Below are positions 13,957 to 27,900 of a stretch of 64,000 bases of DNA, one piece after another. The notes beneath the pieces are model-generated. The model was given only the letters and a program-made list of their open reading frames with translations. It was not told the origin of the DNA and did not search any database. Origin of the DNA: Eledone cirrhosa (taxonomy: Eukaryota); assembly GCA_964016885.1 (NCBI GenBank), contig OZ024745.1:118234001-118298000 (forward strand), in the 5' to 3' direction. The translations under genes and the position numbers were made by a program. Each line of letters starts with the position of its first letter. The first letter of the stretch is position 1.

Positions 13957-13957
13957 G

Positions 13958-13995
<38 letters not shown>

Positions 13996-14068
13996 CATAT
14001 ATATATATATGTACATATACATATATATATATATGTGTATGTATGTATATATATATTATTTAGAGCAA

Positions 14069-14262
14069 GGGCGGCGGACTGGCAGTATCGGTAGAGGGTC
14101 TGACGCCATGCTTTGCAGCAAAGATTTACGGCCCTTTATGGTCTGAGTTGAAATCCCGCAGAGGTTAACTTTGCCTTTCATCCTTACAGGGTCGATAAAG
14201 TAAAGCACCAGTAATACACTGGGATAATTGCTGGCCTTGTGCCAAAAGTAGAAACAATTATT
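14069..14262 (+). mobile_element. Full-length SINE
   Basis: tRNA-like head (tggcagtatcgg ... gagttgaaatccc), conserved core and tail. TSD attatttaga[g/a]caag. Confidence 0.9.
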
Positions 14263-14276
14263 TAGAACAAGTTAGA

Positions 14277-14328
14277 GCTCTGTTACTCTGAAGTTTCACC
14301 TGTGAAGTCACAGCGTCATCAGGCAAGA
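14277..14328 (-). ncRNA. Decayed type I hammerhead
   Basis: Minus strand reads CTGATGA-cg ctgtga ct tcacag gt-GAAA-CT tcag AG-TA. Stem I has mismatches. Confidence 0.5.
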
Positions 14329-14952
14329 TTATTTTTCAGAGAATGAAGTGACAGTAAAGAGAATTCTGCAGAAGAACAGGGGGAGGAGTGAGTGGAGGTT
14401 AAAAAGGGGGTAAAAATAAGTAATAAGCAGAAGAAAGAAAGGAAGAAGTAAGAAAATGGAAAAAGAGAAAGGGAAGGAAAAAAGTAAATTCTGGGTTTTA
14501 AGGATGCAATGATAAAAATCAAAAAGCCAAAATAATAACAGCAGTTAATGTGAAAATTGAAACAGTAAAAGAGGAATATTGAAGAAGGAAAAGGAAAATA
14601 AAAGAAAGAAAAGGAGATAAGAATGATGTAAGAGAGAAAGGAGAATGTAGAAAAAAGGGGCAGTTACAATGGGTATTTTTACACAGCTATGAAGCGAAGC
14701 TTATAGAAATAAATATATTTTGAGAATCCACAGGAATTCAGGAGACTAATTAATGGATATTGATTTTTCAGGAGTTAGTGGGGTATGGAGAAAGGGCTCC
14801 AACAAGGACATTGCCTGCATTGTCTATTGACCACTGAATTGAAAATATATTTTATAATTTAAAAAAAACTTTTTTTAATGGAATATAATTCAAGAATTCA
14901 CCAGAATTTTGTGGTAATGATAATAATATAAGTAATAATAATAATAATAATG

Positions 14953-15382
14953 ATTTCTTTATTGGCCACAAGGGCTGACATCAAGAAAAACATTACAAAC
15001 AGCACAGGACGGTACGATGTGGCTTTTGTGCGTGTAAATATTTTTATTATTTATATAAGAAAAGAAAAAAAAGACATAGAAACATATATATATATAAACA
15101 ATAAAAATGAAAATTGAAACACTGAAAAATTCCCCAATAGGGGGGGGGGGGAAACCTCCGAGGGTTACTTGTGGCGAAAACCACACAAAAGACCACGGCC
15201 ACCCTGACCACCAGGGCAAGCGCCCTCTCTCAATTTTTCCATTTCTCAAACTACAGACGTATATTCAGAGCAGTCCCGTTCACTCGGACCATTCGAGCTA
15301 CATTCACCCACCTTTCAACAAACTTGCTAGAGGGCAGCACTTGCCTCTACACCCTGATTTACCTCTTCAAGTGAAACTTGAA
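14953..15382 (-). mobile_element. L1/Tx1-like LINE 3' end inserted in (AAT)n
   Basis: The minus strand encodes ...FKFHLKR/IRVERQVLPSSKFVERWVNVARMVRV..., with the F..RW motif typical of L1/Tx1 C-termini. The 3' UTR ends cagcccttgtggccaataaagaaat. (AAT)n tracts lie on both sides. Confidence 0.6.
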
Positions 15383-15544
15383 ATAATAATAATAATAGTG
15401 ATAACATTGATAGGATGGGGGGAGGAAGAAAATAAAGTGAAAATAATTGGAATTAAATTAATTAGGGATTAAATGTAAGATAACAATGACAGTAATGATG
15501 AAGTGGGGACGAATAATTATAATTGTAGTAATAGTAATATTAAT

Positions 15545-16015
15545 GATTTATGCACAAGGCCAAAAATTTGTAGGGAGGAGAAAGACAATTATATCGACCT
15601 CAGTATGATCTAGGACTTTATTTTATTGACACCCCAAAGGATGAAAAGCCATGTTGAACTTGGTAGGATTTGAACTGAGGATGTAAAGGGCTTGAACAAA
15701 CACCACAAAGCTCAAACAGTTCTGCCAACTCACTGCCCTTTTGGCACAAGGCCAGCAATTACCCCAGTACATTACTGGTGCTTTATTTTATCGGCCCCGT
15801 AAGGATGAAAGACAAAGTTAACCTCGGCAGGATTTGAACTCAGAACATAGTATTAATAATAATTTCTAATTTTGACACAAAACTAACAATGTGGAGGAAG
15901 GTAAAGTCGATTAAATTGACCTGATCGTGTTACTGGTACTTTATTTTATCCCCCCCCCCCCCCATAAGGATGAAAGGCAAAGTTGACTTTGGTGGGATTT
16001 GAACTTAGAGTGAAA
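15545..16015 (-). mobile_element. Cluster of three degenerate SINE copies
   Basis: Repeated cacaaggcc...tttattttat...ggatgaaa...gatttgaact core. Confidence 0.8.
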
Positions 16016-16029
16016 AGGGTGGTAATAAC

Positions 16030-17290
16030 AACAAAAGTTTAATGAGATATTGACAGAGCTGGAAAAATCACTTAACTGGCTCGCTAAGGGGAAACCACCC
16101 TGATTCCTACGAAAAATGACACAGCAAACTCCCAGAACTACTGACCTACTACATACAAAACTTGAACTACAGTAGTATCACAGAAACTAAAGAAACACCT
16201 GGAAAAAAACAGACAGGGGCCTTATGCAACTAGAAAACTATTATAAAATAACCACTGTAGATCAACAGAAAGTTAATAGAAATAACCACAAAACAAGAAA
16301 TTGTTCTCGGTCTTCCAAGAAGCCAAGAGATTCAAAACAGAGCTCGATTAACAGATAACTGCGAAGAGAATGAAAACCAAGAAAGAACAGAAATTGTGAA
16401 AAAAATAAAATGTAAATTATAAACAGGAATGTCATGTTAAAACAATGGCAGGAGAAACTCTGGCCAATACCAGTAAACACTGAATAGAGAGGAATTAGAG
16501 AAGTATAACTCACAAAACAAGCTATGAAGCACTAGACTAAAGACCAAGACTGAAGGGTTTCTAATCACTGCACAAGACCAAAGCCTCCGCATCAGAAACC
16601 ACCAGAAATACATAATGAAACAGAATATAGTAAGTAACTGCAGAATATGTGGAGGTGGGAAGAAACCATTAATCACATTATCTCTGGCTGCTAGGTCTTA
16701 GTCAAAAGGAATACATCTACAAACATGTTAGAGTTGGGATTTACATACACTAGAAGTTGTACCAACATTAGGAAATATCAACTGAAAAAAGATGGTACAG
16801 ACACACACCAGAAAAAGTGTGAGAGAATAACAAAGAAACCACATTCTGGGATATGCCAATACACACAGACAGAAAGATCAAACTGAGCAGATATTGTAGT
16901 GAAAGACCACATATAAATAAAATGTCTTCTAATTGATGTATCAATCTCTGCAGACGACAATATACCTACCAAGGAAATAGAGAAACTCTCCAAATATAAA
17001 GATATAGAGATAGAAATAGCTTGAATGTGGAAAATGAAAACAGAAACAATACCTAAAGTAATAGATGCTGTGGAAATGATAAAAACACACAGACAAATAC
17101 GTAGCCAAAACCCCAGGACTTACAAATATATACAGCATACAAAAGATAGTACTACTAGGCACTGCATGCATAATATAAAAAGTACTCTCATTACAATAGA
17201 AACAACACCACTAACAACCACACTGCACAAACCCAAGGCACACAGAGTTCTGCTTGGTAATGCAGTCATGATGCACAATAGAAATAATAA
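16030..17290 (+). mobile_element. Degenerate R4/Dong-clade LINE 3' part
   Basis: Broken motifs AQDQ, CRIC, HIISGC, WY.HTPEKV, ILWDMPIHTDR, DIVV, IDVS (CCHC plus restriction-like endonuclease). Ends in (aat)n. Confidence 0.8.
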
Positions 17291-18602
17291 TGGTTTCTGA
17301 TTTAGGGGAGGGAAGGGAAAGTCGATTAAATCGATACCAGTGCATTATTGGTACTTTATTTTATTGACCTCGTAAAGATCAAAGGCAAAGCATTTTGTCT
17401 GGCACCCTACCCACACTGCCAAGTACATAATAGTAAATAGCTTTTATCATTATTTTATTCATACTATCATTTTAGGCTCAAACAACTACTTTTAAACAAG
17501 CATATAATTATTTTATGTTTTGACATATTCTCTGCAACAGTACTTCTTTTGATCCCAAGGCACACAACTAAAACAGAAATCCCTATCACCAACCAACATT
17601 CTTTCCCAAAATACATAATGTCATAATGCCCACATAAACTTATAACATGCTATCTCTTGAGGTCTCAGGGTGAGACTTAGCATCATCATACAAACACAAA
17701 CCAAAATCCAAACATCCAAATGATAATACACATTGGAACCCTTTTTTCTAGATCTCCTGATGTCTATGGCAGGACTTTAAAACCCTTTTTACCTTACATT
17801 GTGACTTATTTCCTCCATTCCTCCCATTTTTATGGCATGAATTTTATAGCTAGATGCCCTTTCTAGTCTCAATCACTTAACAGTGTAGACAGCATTTTAT
17901 TGACATCAGCACTAAAAAGGCTGCTTTTATTCAGAGTTATTTTTATCTTAGATGGATTGCTTTAACTCTGCAGTGCAGCATCCATAGTAACCCTGCATAC
18001 ACAGAGAAATTGATCGTTTTATAATTGACCACTATATAAATGATCACTTTATAATGTTACTATTGGTAGAAGCCACTGATAACTCAGCCAACATGAGAAC
18101 TACTGTTCAATGTAATAACCAAACCTCCATCAACATAGACACAACATTCTTTCTTCTCTTAAAAATAGTGAGATCTTACAACGATTGCTAATGAAATGCT
18201 TCATTTAATCGACTTCTTTCTATGTATCTGTAATAGCAAAACTGAGGCTACTCAGCAACAACTTCGATAAACAACAATAATTAGAAGAATAGCGATGTGA
18301 AATATTGGTGTTATTGGTCAAATAAGGAGAAAGACTGTTAGAATAGAAATATATGATACTATTGTTAAAGTATACAAGTATAGATGGATAGTTAGAAAGA
18401 TGTTCTAACATAATAGACATCTGTTATAGTAGTAAGGTCAACTTTGGTCAAACAGACCTAGAATCAAAGGCAAGCCAGGATTATTCCATTTTTTTGTGGG
18501 GGTCAAGAACTGCGGTAGTGTTGGCACCACGATAAATGTACTCAGCCCACTCTGAAAAGTGGTAGCACTGGTGCAATAAAAGCACCCAGCCCACACTATA
18601 AA

Positions 18603-19262
18603 GTGGTGGTGGTAGTGATGGTGATGGTGGTGTTGATGGTGGTGAGGGTGGTGGTGGTAGTGATGGTGGTAGTGGTGTTGATGGTGGTGAGGGTGGTAGT
18701 GATGGTAGTGATGGTGGTGATGGTGATGGTGGTAGTGATGGTGGTGGTAGTGGTAGTGGTGATGGTGGTAGTGACGGTGGTGGTAGTGATGGTGATGGTG
18801 GTAGTGATGGTAGTGATGGTGGTGATGGTGATGGTGGTAGTGATGGTGGTGAGGGTGGTGGTGGTAGTGATGGTGGTGATGGTGGTAGTGACGGTGGTGG
18901 TAGTGATGGTGATGGTGGTGGTGGTGGTGGTGGTGGTGTTGATGGTGGTGAGGGTGGTAGTGATGGTAGTGATGGTGGTGATGGTGATGGTGGTAGTGAT
19001 GGTGGTGGTAGTGGTGGTAGTGATAGTGGTGATGGTGGTAGTGACGGTGGTGGTAGTGATGGTGATGGTGGTGGTGGTGGTGGTGGTGGTGTTGATGGTG
19101 GTGAGGGTGGTAGTGATGGTAGTGATGGTGGTGATGGTGATGGTGGTAGTGATGGTGGTGGTAGTGGTGGTAGTGATAGTGGTGATGGTGGTAGTGACGG
19201 TGGTGGTAGTGATGGTGATGGTGGTGGTGGTGGTGGTGGTGGTGGTGGTGGTGGTGATGATG
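18603..19262. repeat. (GGT/GAT/AGT)n trinucleotide satellite
   Basis: Seen directly in sequence. Confidence 0.95.
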
Positions 19263-19679
19263 AGGAAGAGGAGTGTACTTAAGATTACATTATCCAATAT
19301 GAACTCTTTTAAAATGGTAAGGTGTTGTCTGAGAGCAATGTAGCCGATACTTCCATTGGCTCAAGTGGTTATAGTAAACCAACATGATAGTACCAATCAT
19401 GTGGTAGAGTTGACTAACATCATAACTTGAGTGAGTCATAGTCATAGTTGTTTGCGTAGGGTAGACTGACATTATAGCACCAGTCTTAGAATCTACAGGA
19501 GGCTAATATGCTGGCAAAGGTTGTAAGAGTGTCGACTGACATCCATATCATTAACCCAAGTGGCTTATATATGATATGTAGCATCGGTAAGAGTTACTAA
19601 GGAGGATATAAATCAGAGCATTAATTATTGCTTCTAAAGGATGGCATCATAACAGCAGTTATAGTTTTATGGAGGCATA

Positions 19680-20635
19680 CTGCACATACACATACTGCAT
19701 ACACATACTGCACACACATACACATACTGCACACACACATACACACACATACATACACATACTGCACACACATACACATACTGCACACACACATACACAC
19801 ACATACATACACATACTTCACACACACACACACACACATACATACACATACTGCACACACACACACACACAGTCAACTTTACAGACACACACAGTCAACT
19901 TTACACAGACACACAACACACACACATTCAACTTTACACAGACACACCAGACACACACACAGTCAACTTTACAGACACACCACACACACACAGTCACCTT
20001 TACACAGACACACAACGCACACACAGTCAGCTTTACACAGACACACCAGACACACACATAGTCAACTTTACACACACACACACACCAGACACACACACAG
20101 TCAACTTTACAGACACACACACAGTCAACTTTACACAGACACACCACACACAACACAGTCAGCTTTACACAGACACACCAGACACACACATAGTCAACTT
20201 TACACATACACACAGTCAGCTTTACACAGACACACCAGACACACACAGTCAGCTTTACACAGACACACCAGACACACACACAGTGAACTTTACACAGACA
20301 CACCACACACACACACAGTCAACTTTACAGACACACACACAGTCAACTTTACACAGACACACAACACACACACAGTGAACTTTACACACACACACACACA
20401 CAGTGAACTTTACACAGACACACAACACACACACAGTGAACTTTACACAGACACACCAGACACACACAGTCAACTTTACACAGACACACCAGACACACAC
20501 AGTCAACTTTACACACACACACACGCAGTGAACTTTACACAGACACACCAGACACACACACAGTCAACTTTACACAGACACACCAGACACACACACAGTC
20601 AACTTTACACAGACACACCAGACACACATACATAA
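19680..20635. repeat. CA-rich compound minisatellite (cagtcaactttaca cores in (CA)n)
   Basis: Seen directly in sequence. Confidence 0.9.
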
Positions 20636-20659
20636 AAACATTAACACAGCATCATATAT

Positions 20660-21376
20660 ACACATGTCAATATATAACGATTGATACACACATATCAAAA
20701 CTCAGCAAAACACACACACACACACAATGACACACATGTCAATATATAACGATTGATACACACATATCAAAACTCAGCAAAACACACACACACACACACA
20801 ATGACACACATGTCAATATATAACGATTGATACACACATATCAAAACTCAGCAAAACACACACACACACACACAATGACACACATGTCAATATATAACGA
20901 TTGATACACACATATCAAAACTCAGCAAAACACACACACACACACAATGACACACATGTCAATATATAACGATTGATACACACATATCAAAACTCAGCAA
21001 AACACACACACACACACAATGACACACATGTCAATATATAACGATTGATACACACATATCAAAACTCAGCAAAACACACACACACACACAATGACACACA
21101 TGTCAATATATAACGATTGATACACACATATCAAAACTCAGCAAAACACACACACACAATGACACACATGTCAATATATAACGATTGATACACACATATC
21201 AAAACTCAGCAAAACACACACACACACACACAATGACACACATGTCAATATATAACGATTGATACACACATATCAAAACTCAGCAAAACACACACACACA
21301 CACACAATGACACACATGTCAATATATAACGATTGATACACACATATCAAAACTCAGCAAAACACACACACACAAT
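20660..21376. repeat. Minisatellite, ~70-bp unit with variable (CA)n
   Basis: About 10 copies of acacatgtcaatatataacgattgatacacacatatcaaaactcagcaaaa(ca)n. Confidence 0.95.
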
Positions 21377-21467
21377 CAGTATATTTAAACACATACATAA
21401 CCCATAAATTAAATTGGCTCTGATAAAACCATTTCTTCTGACAATGAATTATTTAAAAGTGCTGTAG

Positions 21468-21832
21468 ATTGGCAACATCGGTAGAGGATCAGGCACCATG
21501 CTTTGCAGCATAGAGTTACACCCCTTTATGGATTGAGTTCAAATCCACCCGAGGTTAACTTTGCCTTTCTTTCTTTCATCTAAATCCAGTTTTGGTCTTT
21601 AAGGTCAATGAAATAAAGTACCAGTAATACACTGGGGTAATTGCTCGGTGGATTGGCAGTATCGGTAGAGAGTCGGACGCCATGCTTTCCAGCATAGTTA
21701 CGTCCCTTTACGATCTGAGTTCAAATCCCGCCGAGGTTGACTTTGCCTTTCATCCTTACGGGGTCGATAAAATAAAGTACCAGTAATGCACTGGGTAATT
21801 GCTGGCCTTGTGCCTAAAGTAGAAACAATTAT
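21468..21832 (+). mobile_element. Two tandem SINE copies
   Basis: SINE consensus occurs twice. Confidence 0.85.
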
Positions 21833-21872
21833 TTAGAAGTAGTAGCTGTTGTTTACTCACAGGTCACTCTGG

Positions 21873-22873
21873 ATTGAGCAGACTTATGATAGATATTTTA
21901 GTTATGATCATCACACTTGAGCAGACTTATGATAGATATTTTAGTTATGATCATCACACCTTAGAAGACTTATGATAGATATTTTAGTTATGATCATCAC
22001 ACCTGAGCAGACTTATGACAGATATTTTAGTTATAATCATCACACTTGAGCAGACTTATGACAGATATTTTAGTTATGATCATCACACTTGAGCATACTT
22101 ATGATAGATATTTTAGTTATGATCATCACACCTTAGAAGACTTATGACAGATATTTTAGTTATGATCATCACACCTGAGCAGACTTATGATAGATATTTT
22201 AGTTATGATCATCACACCTTAGCAGACTTATGATAGATATTTTAGTTATGATCATCACACCTGAGCAGACTTATGATAGATATTTTAGTTATAATCATCA
22301 CACCTGAGCAGACTTATAACATAGATATTTTAGTTATGATCATCACACTTGAGCAGACTTATAACATAGATATTTTAGTTATGATCATTACACTTGAGCA
22401 GACTTATAACATAGATATTTTAGTTATGATCATCACACCTGAGCAGACTTATGATAGATATTTTAGTTATAATCATCACACCTGAGCAGACTTATAACAT
22501 AGATATTTTAGTTATGATCATTACACCTGAGCAGACTTATGACAGATATTTTAGTTATGATCATTACACCTGAGCAGACTTATGATAGATATTTTAGTTA
22601 TGATCATTACACCTGAGCAGACTTATGACAGATATTTTAGTTATGATCATCACACCTTAGCAGACTTATGATAGATATTTTAGTTATGATCATCACACTT
22701 GAGCAGACTTATGATAGATATTTTAGTTATGATCATCACACCTTAGAAGACTTATGATAGATATTTTAGTTATGATCATCACACCTGAGCAGACTTATGA
22801 TAGATATTTTAGTTATGATCATCACACCTTAGCAGACTTATGACATAGATATTTTAGTTATGATCATCACACC
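21873..22873. repeat. Minisatellite, 43/45-bp unit (gagcagacttatgatagatattttagttatgatcatcacacct)
   Basis: About 23 tandem copies. Confidence 0.95.
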
Positions 22874-23089
22874 TTTTTTATGTGCAGGGAACCAAGGACT
22901 CTATCAGAGGTTCTCAAAGTGGGCGCTACCACTCCCTGGGGATCTTTGAGAAAGTCCAGGGTGCACTGGGGCCTAACGTAGTGGTAGAGATGATATAATA
23001 GTATATTAAATATCAAATCATACATATTATATATAAATATAGTAAAATAAAAAAATATATATTTATTTATGCATAGTATATAATATATT

Positions 23090-24160
23090 ATCTATATATA
23101 TAAAACTGAGGATGTCTGTCTGTGTGAGTTTGAATCTCTAAAACTCAAGAAGCACCCAACCGACTGTTTTCAAACTTTACACATGTAATACTTATGTTTC
23201 AGGGAGTGTTCTGAGCAAATAATATTTCAAATTTTCAATGCCCTAGGGACCGCATTAGGCGATTTAGCGATCTCTCTCTATAATTCTTAGTCTTTCTCTT
23301 TTTAGATAGATACATACATATAACGTCGCACCCTTATAATATCTGTCTATATGTCTGGCTGTCTACATCGCACTCAGCGCGTCAATGTATGGCTGTTAAA
23401 TGGGCCGCGAACGCATTCCGATTCATTCTAAAGGCTACCAGTGGAAGCAACCTTAACACCCTCCAAATGTCAGAGAACGCAGTCAAAGTCACTATTAAGG
23501 GCTACAAGTGAACGCTCACATGGCCCTTTTTAGGGCCACCACTTGAAATTGTTGATGGTTACCCCTCCTTACTGGGGTGTCAGTGATCGGCTTACAAGGC
23601 CCTTTTAAGGGCCCTTGAAATAACTGATGGTGACCCTTTCGTTTAGGGCTGCTAGTGAACACGCACATGCCTCAAGGCCCATTTTATTGCACCATTCCTC
23701 TTTAAATTTGTTAAATTATACCCACAGTTTGGTAAACATTTGTCCAGTTGCGTTTACTTACTAAGGTGCGGTGGACTCCTTCGAGAAGGCTCCACATGCT
23801 GTCCAATTGCACGTCATGCCTTGCTCAAGCATTGCATACTTCCCTCTGACATAAGTGGTGACATCTGTCCTGTTGACTCATGCCACTTTATTAAAGTACA
23901 AAAGCACCAGCCGATTTTCTCCACGTGGAAGGAGAAGCATACCTAATACTAATTGCATCAGAGCATTCGGTTTATTTTCTTTACATATTGTCCAGGCAAT
24001 AAAACACCTGATAACGATCAAATATATTTCCCTAATATGTATTCTCCACAAAATCAGAATACATTTCACCGAATAACGGTGAAATTAGATATTTTGAAAC
24101 GATTCATCGGTGAGGGAATTTCAAAATCATCTAATCTCACTCAATGCAGGGTTTAAAGTG
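23090..24160. mobile_element. Possible Helitron-derived remnant
   Basis: Starts tctatatatataaaa...tgtctgtctgtgtg, a common non-autonomous Helitron 5' pattern. The minus strand at about 23900-23945 gives LLLPRGE(x)GW, resembling the Rep LLFP.GE.GW motif. The right boundary is uncertain. Confidence 0.35.
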
Positions 24161-24308
24161 GCTAAACACACATGGTATCAACATATGAATTTAAGCACTC
24201 GCAACGACGGAAGAAAGAATGAGAAATAAGATAGATTGAAGGGACGCGCGAGGTGGCATTGGAAAAAATGACTTTAGATAAAAATAACAGGTCCATACAT
24301 GTAGGATT

Positions 24309-24387
24309 CAGCTGAGCTCCTGCCGTTTCAACAGCTAGATCCAAACTCAGTTCAGATCTAGCTGCTGAAACAGCAGGAGCTCAGCTG
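24309..24387. repeat. GC-balanced 33-bp-arm hairpin
   Basis: cagctgagctcctgccgtttcaacagctagatc / gatctagctgctgaaacagcaggagctcagctg, with 2 mismatches. Confidence 0.9.
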
Positions 24388-24654
24388 TTGGGGGTCCTGA
24401 ATCCTTCATATTACCCACTCTACTACCCCAAGTATCGAGTACTCTGGCAAGTAATGGTCTAACTGGTTTTTACTGCATCCATTCTGATATGTGTGTGGGG
24501 GGGGGGGCATGGTTAAGTGGCTTAGCCCCACAGCAAAGTATTTTGAGCAAGTGTCTTCTACTATAGCCTCAAGTTGACCAGTACTTTGTGAGTGGAATTT
24601 AGTAGATAGAAACTGCAGAAGTTCAGTGTGTGGGTGTGTGTGGGTGCGCATGCC

Positions 24655-24695
<41 letters not shown>

Positions 24696-24840
24696 ATTGA
24701 TGAAATAAGTACCAGACTTGGAAAAATAAATACTGTCATTAATATGATCAACTATACTAAGATGGTGCCTCAGCATGGCCACAGTCTACTGACTGAAACA
24801 CACTCTTACTCATATGCAACCAATTTACACCAACACACAC

Positions 24841-24926
<86 letters not shown>

Positions 24927-25482
24927 CATGAAAGAGACCGAGAGAAAGCTATGGAAATGAAGTGTGTTTGAGAGAGAGAGAGAGTGTGTGTGTGTGTGTG
25001 TGTAGGTTAGACTTTTAGCCATTTACATCAAATGCATTTTTCCATGGTAACAAGATGAACTTGAAGCTAGAATTGTATTGGTAATTATGATGGTAGCAAT
25101 AAATAATTCTATAACGACACTCATTAAGCTTTAAACCAGTGATTCAATAGTTTTTATTAGGAAAATACAACAGATGGTTGTCACCGGTATTAATATCTAC
25201 TCTTAGAAAATCATGAGGGAACTTGTCAAACCGCTGATGTTGACTTACTAATAAACACTAGGTTGACTTTGCCTTTCATCCTTACGGGGTCGATAAAATA
25301 AAGTACCAGTAATGAACTGGGTTATTGCTGGCCTTGTGCCTAAAGTAGAAACAAATAAACACTAGATTGTTTCGCCAACTGTTTAGTATCCGTTGATAGT
25401 TGTTGATGGTATGGGCTAGTAGATTGGTGGTGGAAGTGGTAGGAGTAGTATATACCATTCAATCATTGAGGACACTTTAGAC

Positions 25483-25758
25483 TAGTCATGGGCAACCTGC
25501 AGCCCTCAAAGCTTTCTGAATGGCTCACCTAAGTCACTTAAGTGAAACCCCAACTTTTCAGTCGTAATTTATCTTTCTATAATTTTTACAATCGAGGAAA
25601 ACAATGTGTACGAATTCTGAAGAAACAAATCAAAACAACCTGAGTTACCACCCCCTTTTTTTAAACATGGGCACGAATCTAAATTAGCGCTTGCAGCCTG
25701 CCTGATGATGAGCCATATCTCATGTGGCCCACTGCTCGAAAAAGGTTGTCCATGCCTA
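25483..25758. mobile_element. hAT (Charlie-like) MITE
   Basis: TIRs tagtcatgggcaacct / aggttgtccatgccta. 8-bp TSD ctttagac / ctttagcc. A related end occurs at about 37310. Confidence 0.8.
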
Positions 25759-26424
25759 CTTTAGCCCCGCCAAAATTTTTTCATTTTTTTTTTTGTTTTG
25801 TTTGTGAGTGTGTGTGTGTGTGTGTGTGTGGTTGTGTGTGGGTGCACACGCGCTGTCGTCTGATCTGGCTCTAAAGTACTTGCTATCAGCTTTTTCTTCC
25901 TTGTGTGGGCGGGGGGCCCTCTCGCCTGGAGTTTCCTCAGATCTTTTCATACGTTGTCAGCAAGTGTGACCTGCTAACTGGTCGGGGGCGACTGGTTTTT
26001 CTGAGGGTGGGAGGGGAAAGGGTGTGGAGGGGGAATGGGTGGAAAGATTATCATCGTTTTGTAGATATACACCCTAAAGATTTTTCAATGTAGTGCGCCT
26101 GTAACTGAAAGAGAACAAATATCACAAAGAACTTTATTCGTCTATACTTGCTCATCCCTTAGATCTTGAAATAACATCTTGGACAGACTAACTTTCACTG
26201 TGATATACAGAATTCAGTTAAACATAGCTTAATATGAAATAAACCGAAATATTCCAGCACTGCTCAATTCTAGACTCTAACACCAACCCTACACTCCATC
26301 TATGATGGAATACAACTCCCACATTCAGGATGTTACTACTACTACACACACATCCTAGACTACATCCAAAGGAAAGTCACACAATTAGGTAGAATGGGAT
26401 CACACACTATTACACATCAATATA

Positions 26425-26692
26425 CAGGGTGGGCCAGAATTCATGACTCACTTGTTAGTTATATTGCTTAACATGCTTATTTTATTGTTATCGTATTGTT
26501 TTAATTTATTATTTTATTTCTTAATATGCCTCACAGGTTTTTTATTTATTTATTCTAAATTTGATAAACCATGGTACATCCTTTGCTAAGCTTGGAAAAA
26601 CATGTTCAATGTGTGAGATTATTTATTTTATAACATTTTGTGTTAATAGATCTATAAATAATCAAGTGAGTCATGAATTCTGGCCCACCCCG
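26425..26692. mobile_element. Tc1/mariner-type MITE
   Basis: ~30-bp TIR cagggtgggccagaattcatgactcacttg. TA TSDs. Confidence 0.9.
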
Positions 26693-26999
26693 TATATAGC
26701 CCCCAGATGCATTCTGCCCTCCTTATGACTTTCCTAATACAACTACAATGGCCCCAGCTCTTCTGAGCTACTTGTGTAACAACATCACCTAAACAAATTA
26801 GATACATTTGTCACCCCTCATTTTGTCACCATAATGAGTTTCTCCACCCACATTCTAATCTACTCATTATGCTCAATTCTGCCTTTCTAGAATCCTCTGA
26901 ACTTGCCATATTTTTCCAGCTACTCAAATTTAATATCAACTGCATCAGTCTTGGACAGTCTGTGTAAGTATTCCATACAATTCCTCTAGACTTCATCAC

Positions 27000-27900
27000 T
27001 CATGGAAACAGCCTTGAGAAACTTGAACTTTGCCACCTGCTTCAGTGGACCTCCGCTCATATGCAGAGTGCAATGTGCAGGATTCTTTGAGGTTATGAGT
27101 GTCTAAGTCTTTACAGCACTGATTTTCATTCCTGCTATGCAGCAATTCTATCTAGTGCATGTTGGAGATCATCTTCTGATGAGATAAGTAGTGCCAGGCC
27201 ATAATATTTTCCAATGTTCTCATAATTGTTTCTACTTTAGGCACAAGGCCAGCAATTACCCAGTGCATTACTGGTACTTTATTTATGTTCTCATAATGTC
27301 AACTAGATGACATCAAGATTAACAGTTTGTGGTCTAGGAAGTTACAATGATGCTGAGTGCTTTATGGAGACAGTAGCTTTGTTAAACTTCCACCATCTAT
27401 ATCAATTTTTTCCTCACCTAATTTTCCAGTTTTCACTACCTGTCACAATTTGTTTGATCAGATATGTGACATTAAGAATATCATCCAGTGAGTAATGTTG
27501 GGTTGGATTCCACTGGTAGTGTTACATTGTGTGTAGGCAGACAAAATTGTTGCCAACTGATCCTACAGCTGCTGGTCTTGATATGACTTTCAACTCGGCT
27601 GTGCCTGTCAATCCTGTTCCTGAATATTATGAACAGGAGAGGCGATGATACCCTAAACAGAGTTTAACACCCACATTGAATGGTACAGAGCCTCCATACA
27701 GGAACTTAAAAGCAATAAGAAGCTATCCATCAATTGCAAACACTTGTAGAACCTTCCACAAATCCTGTGGAATGTAGTTGTATGCCTTTCTGAGATCTAT
27801 GGAACAAGTTTAGACTTCTTGGCAATACTATTATAATTGTTCAAAGGTATGAGGATACTATTAGATCTAAATTCTGAGAACTCCCTGAACAAACTGAGGA
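27000..27900 (-). mobile_element. Degenerate LINE reverse-transcriptase remnant (RTE-like) containing a SINE fragment
   Basis: Minus-strand traces of VDL.KAY, QG..SPLLFIIF..RI and KT motifs. SINE tail at 27223-27285. Confidence 0.55.

Noticed and set aside
18596-20635. Long Thr/Val/His-rich ORFs (also at 43.3, 54.8 and 57.8-59.2 kb)
   Set aside because: Microsatellite translations.
20660-22873. CRISPR-like arrays
   Set aside because: Units are contiguous or separated only by (CA)n. There are no unique spacers or cas genes, and the context is eukaryotic.
25695-25757. CTGATGA...GAAA...GTC hammerhead-like string
   Set aside because: Stems I and III do not form convincingly, and it overlaps a hAT MITE TIR.
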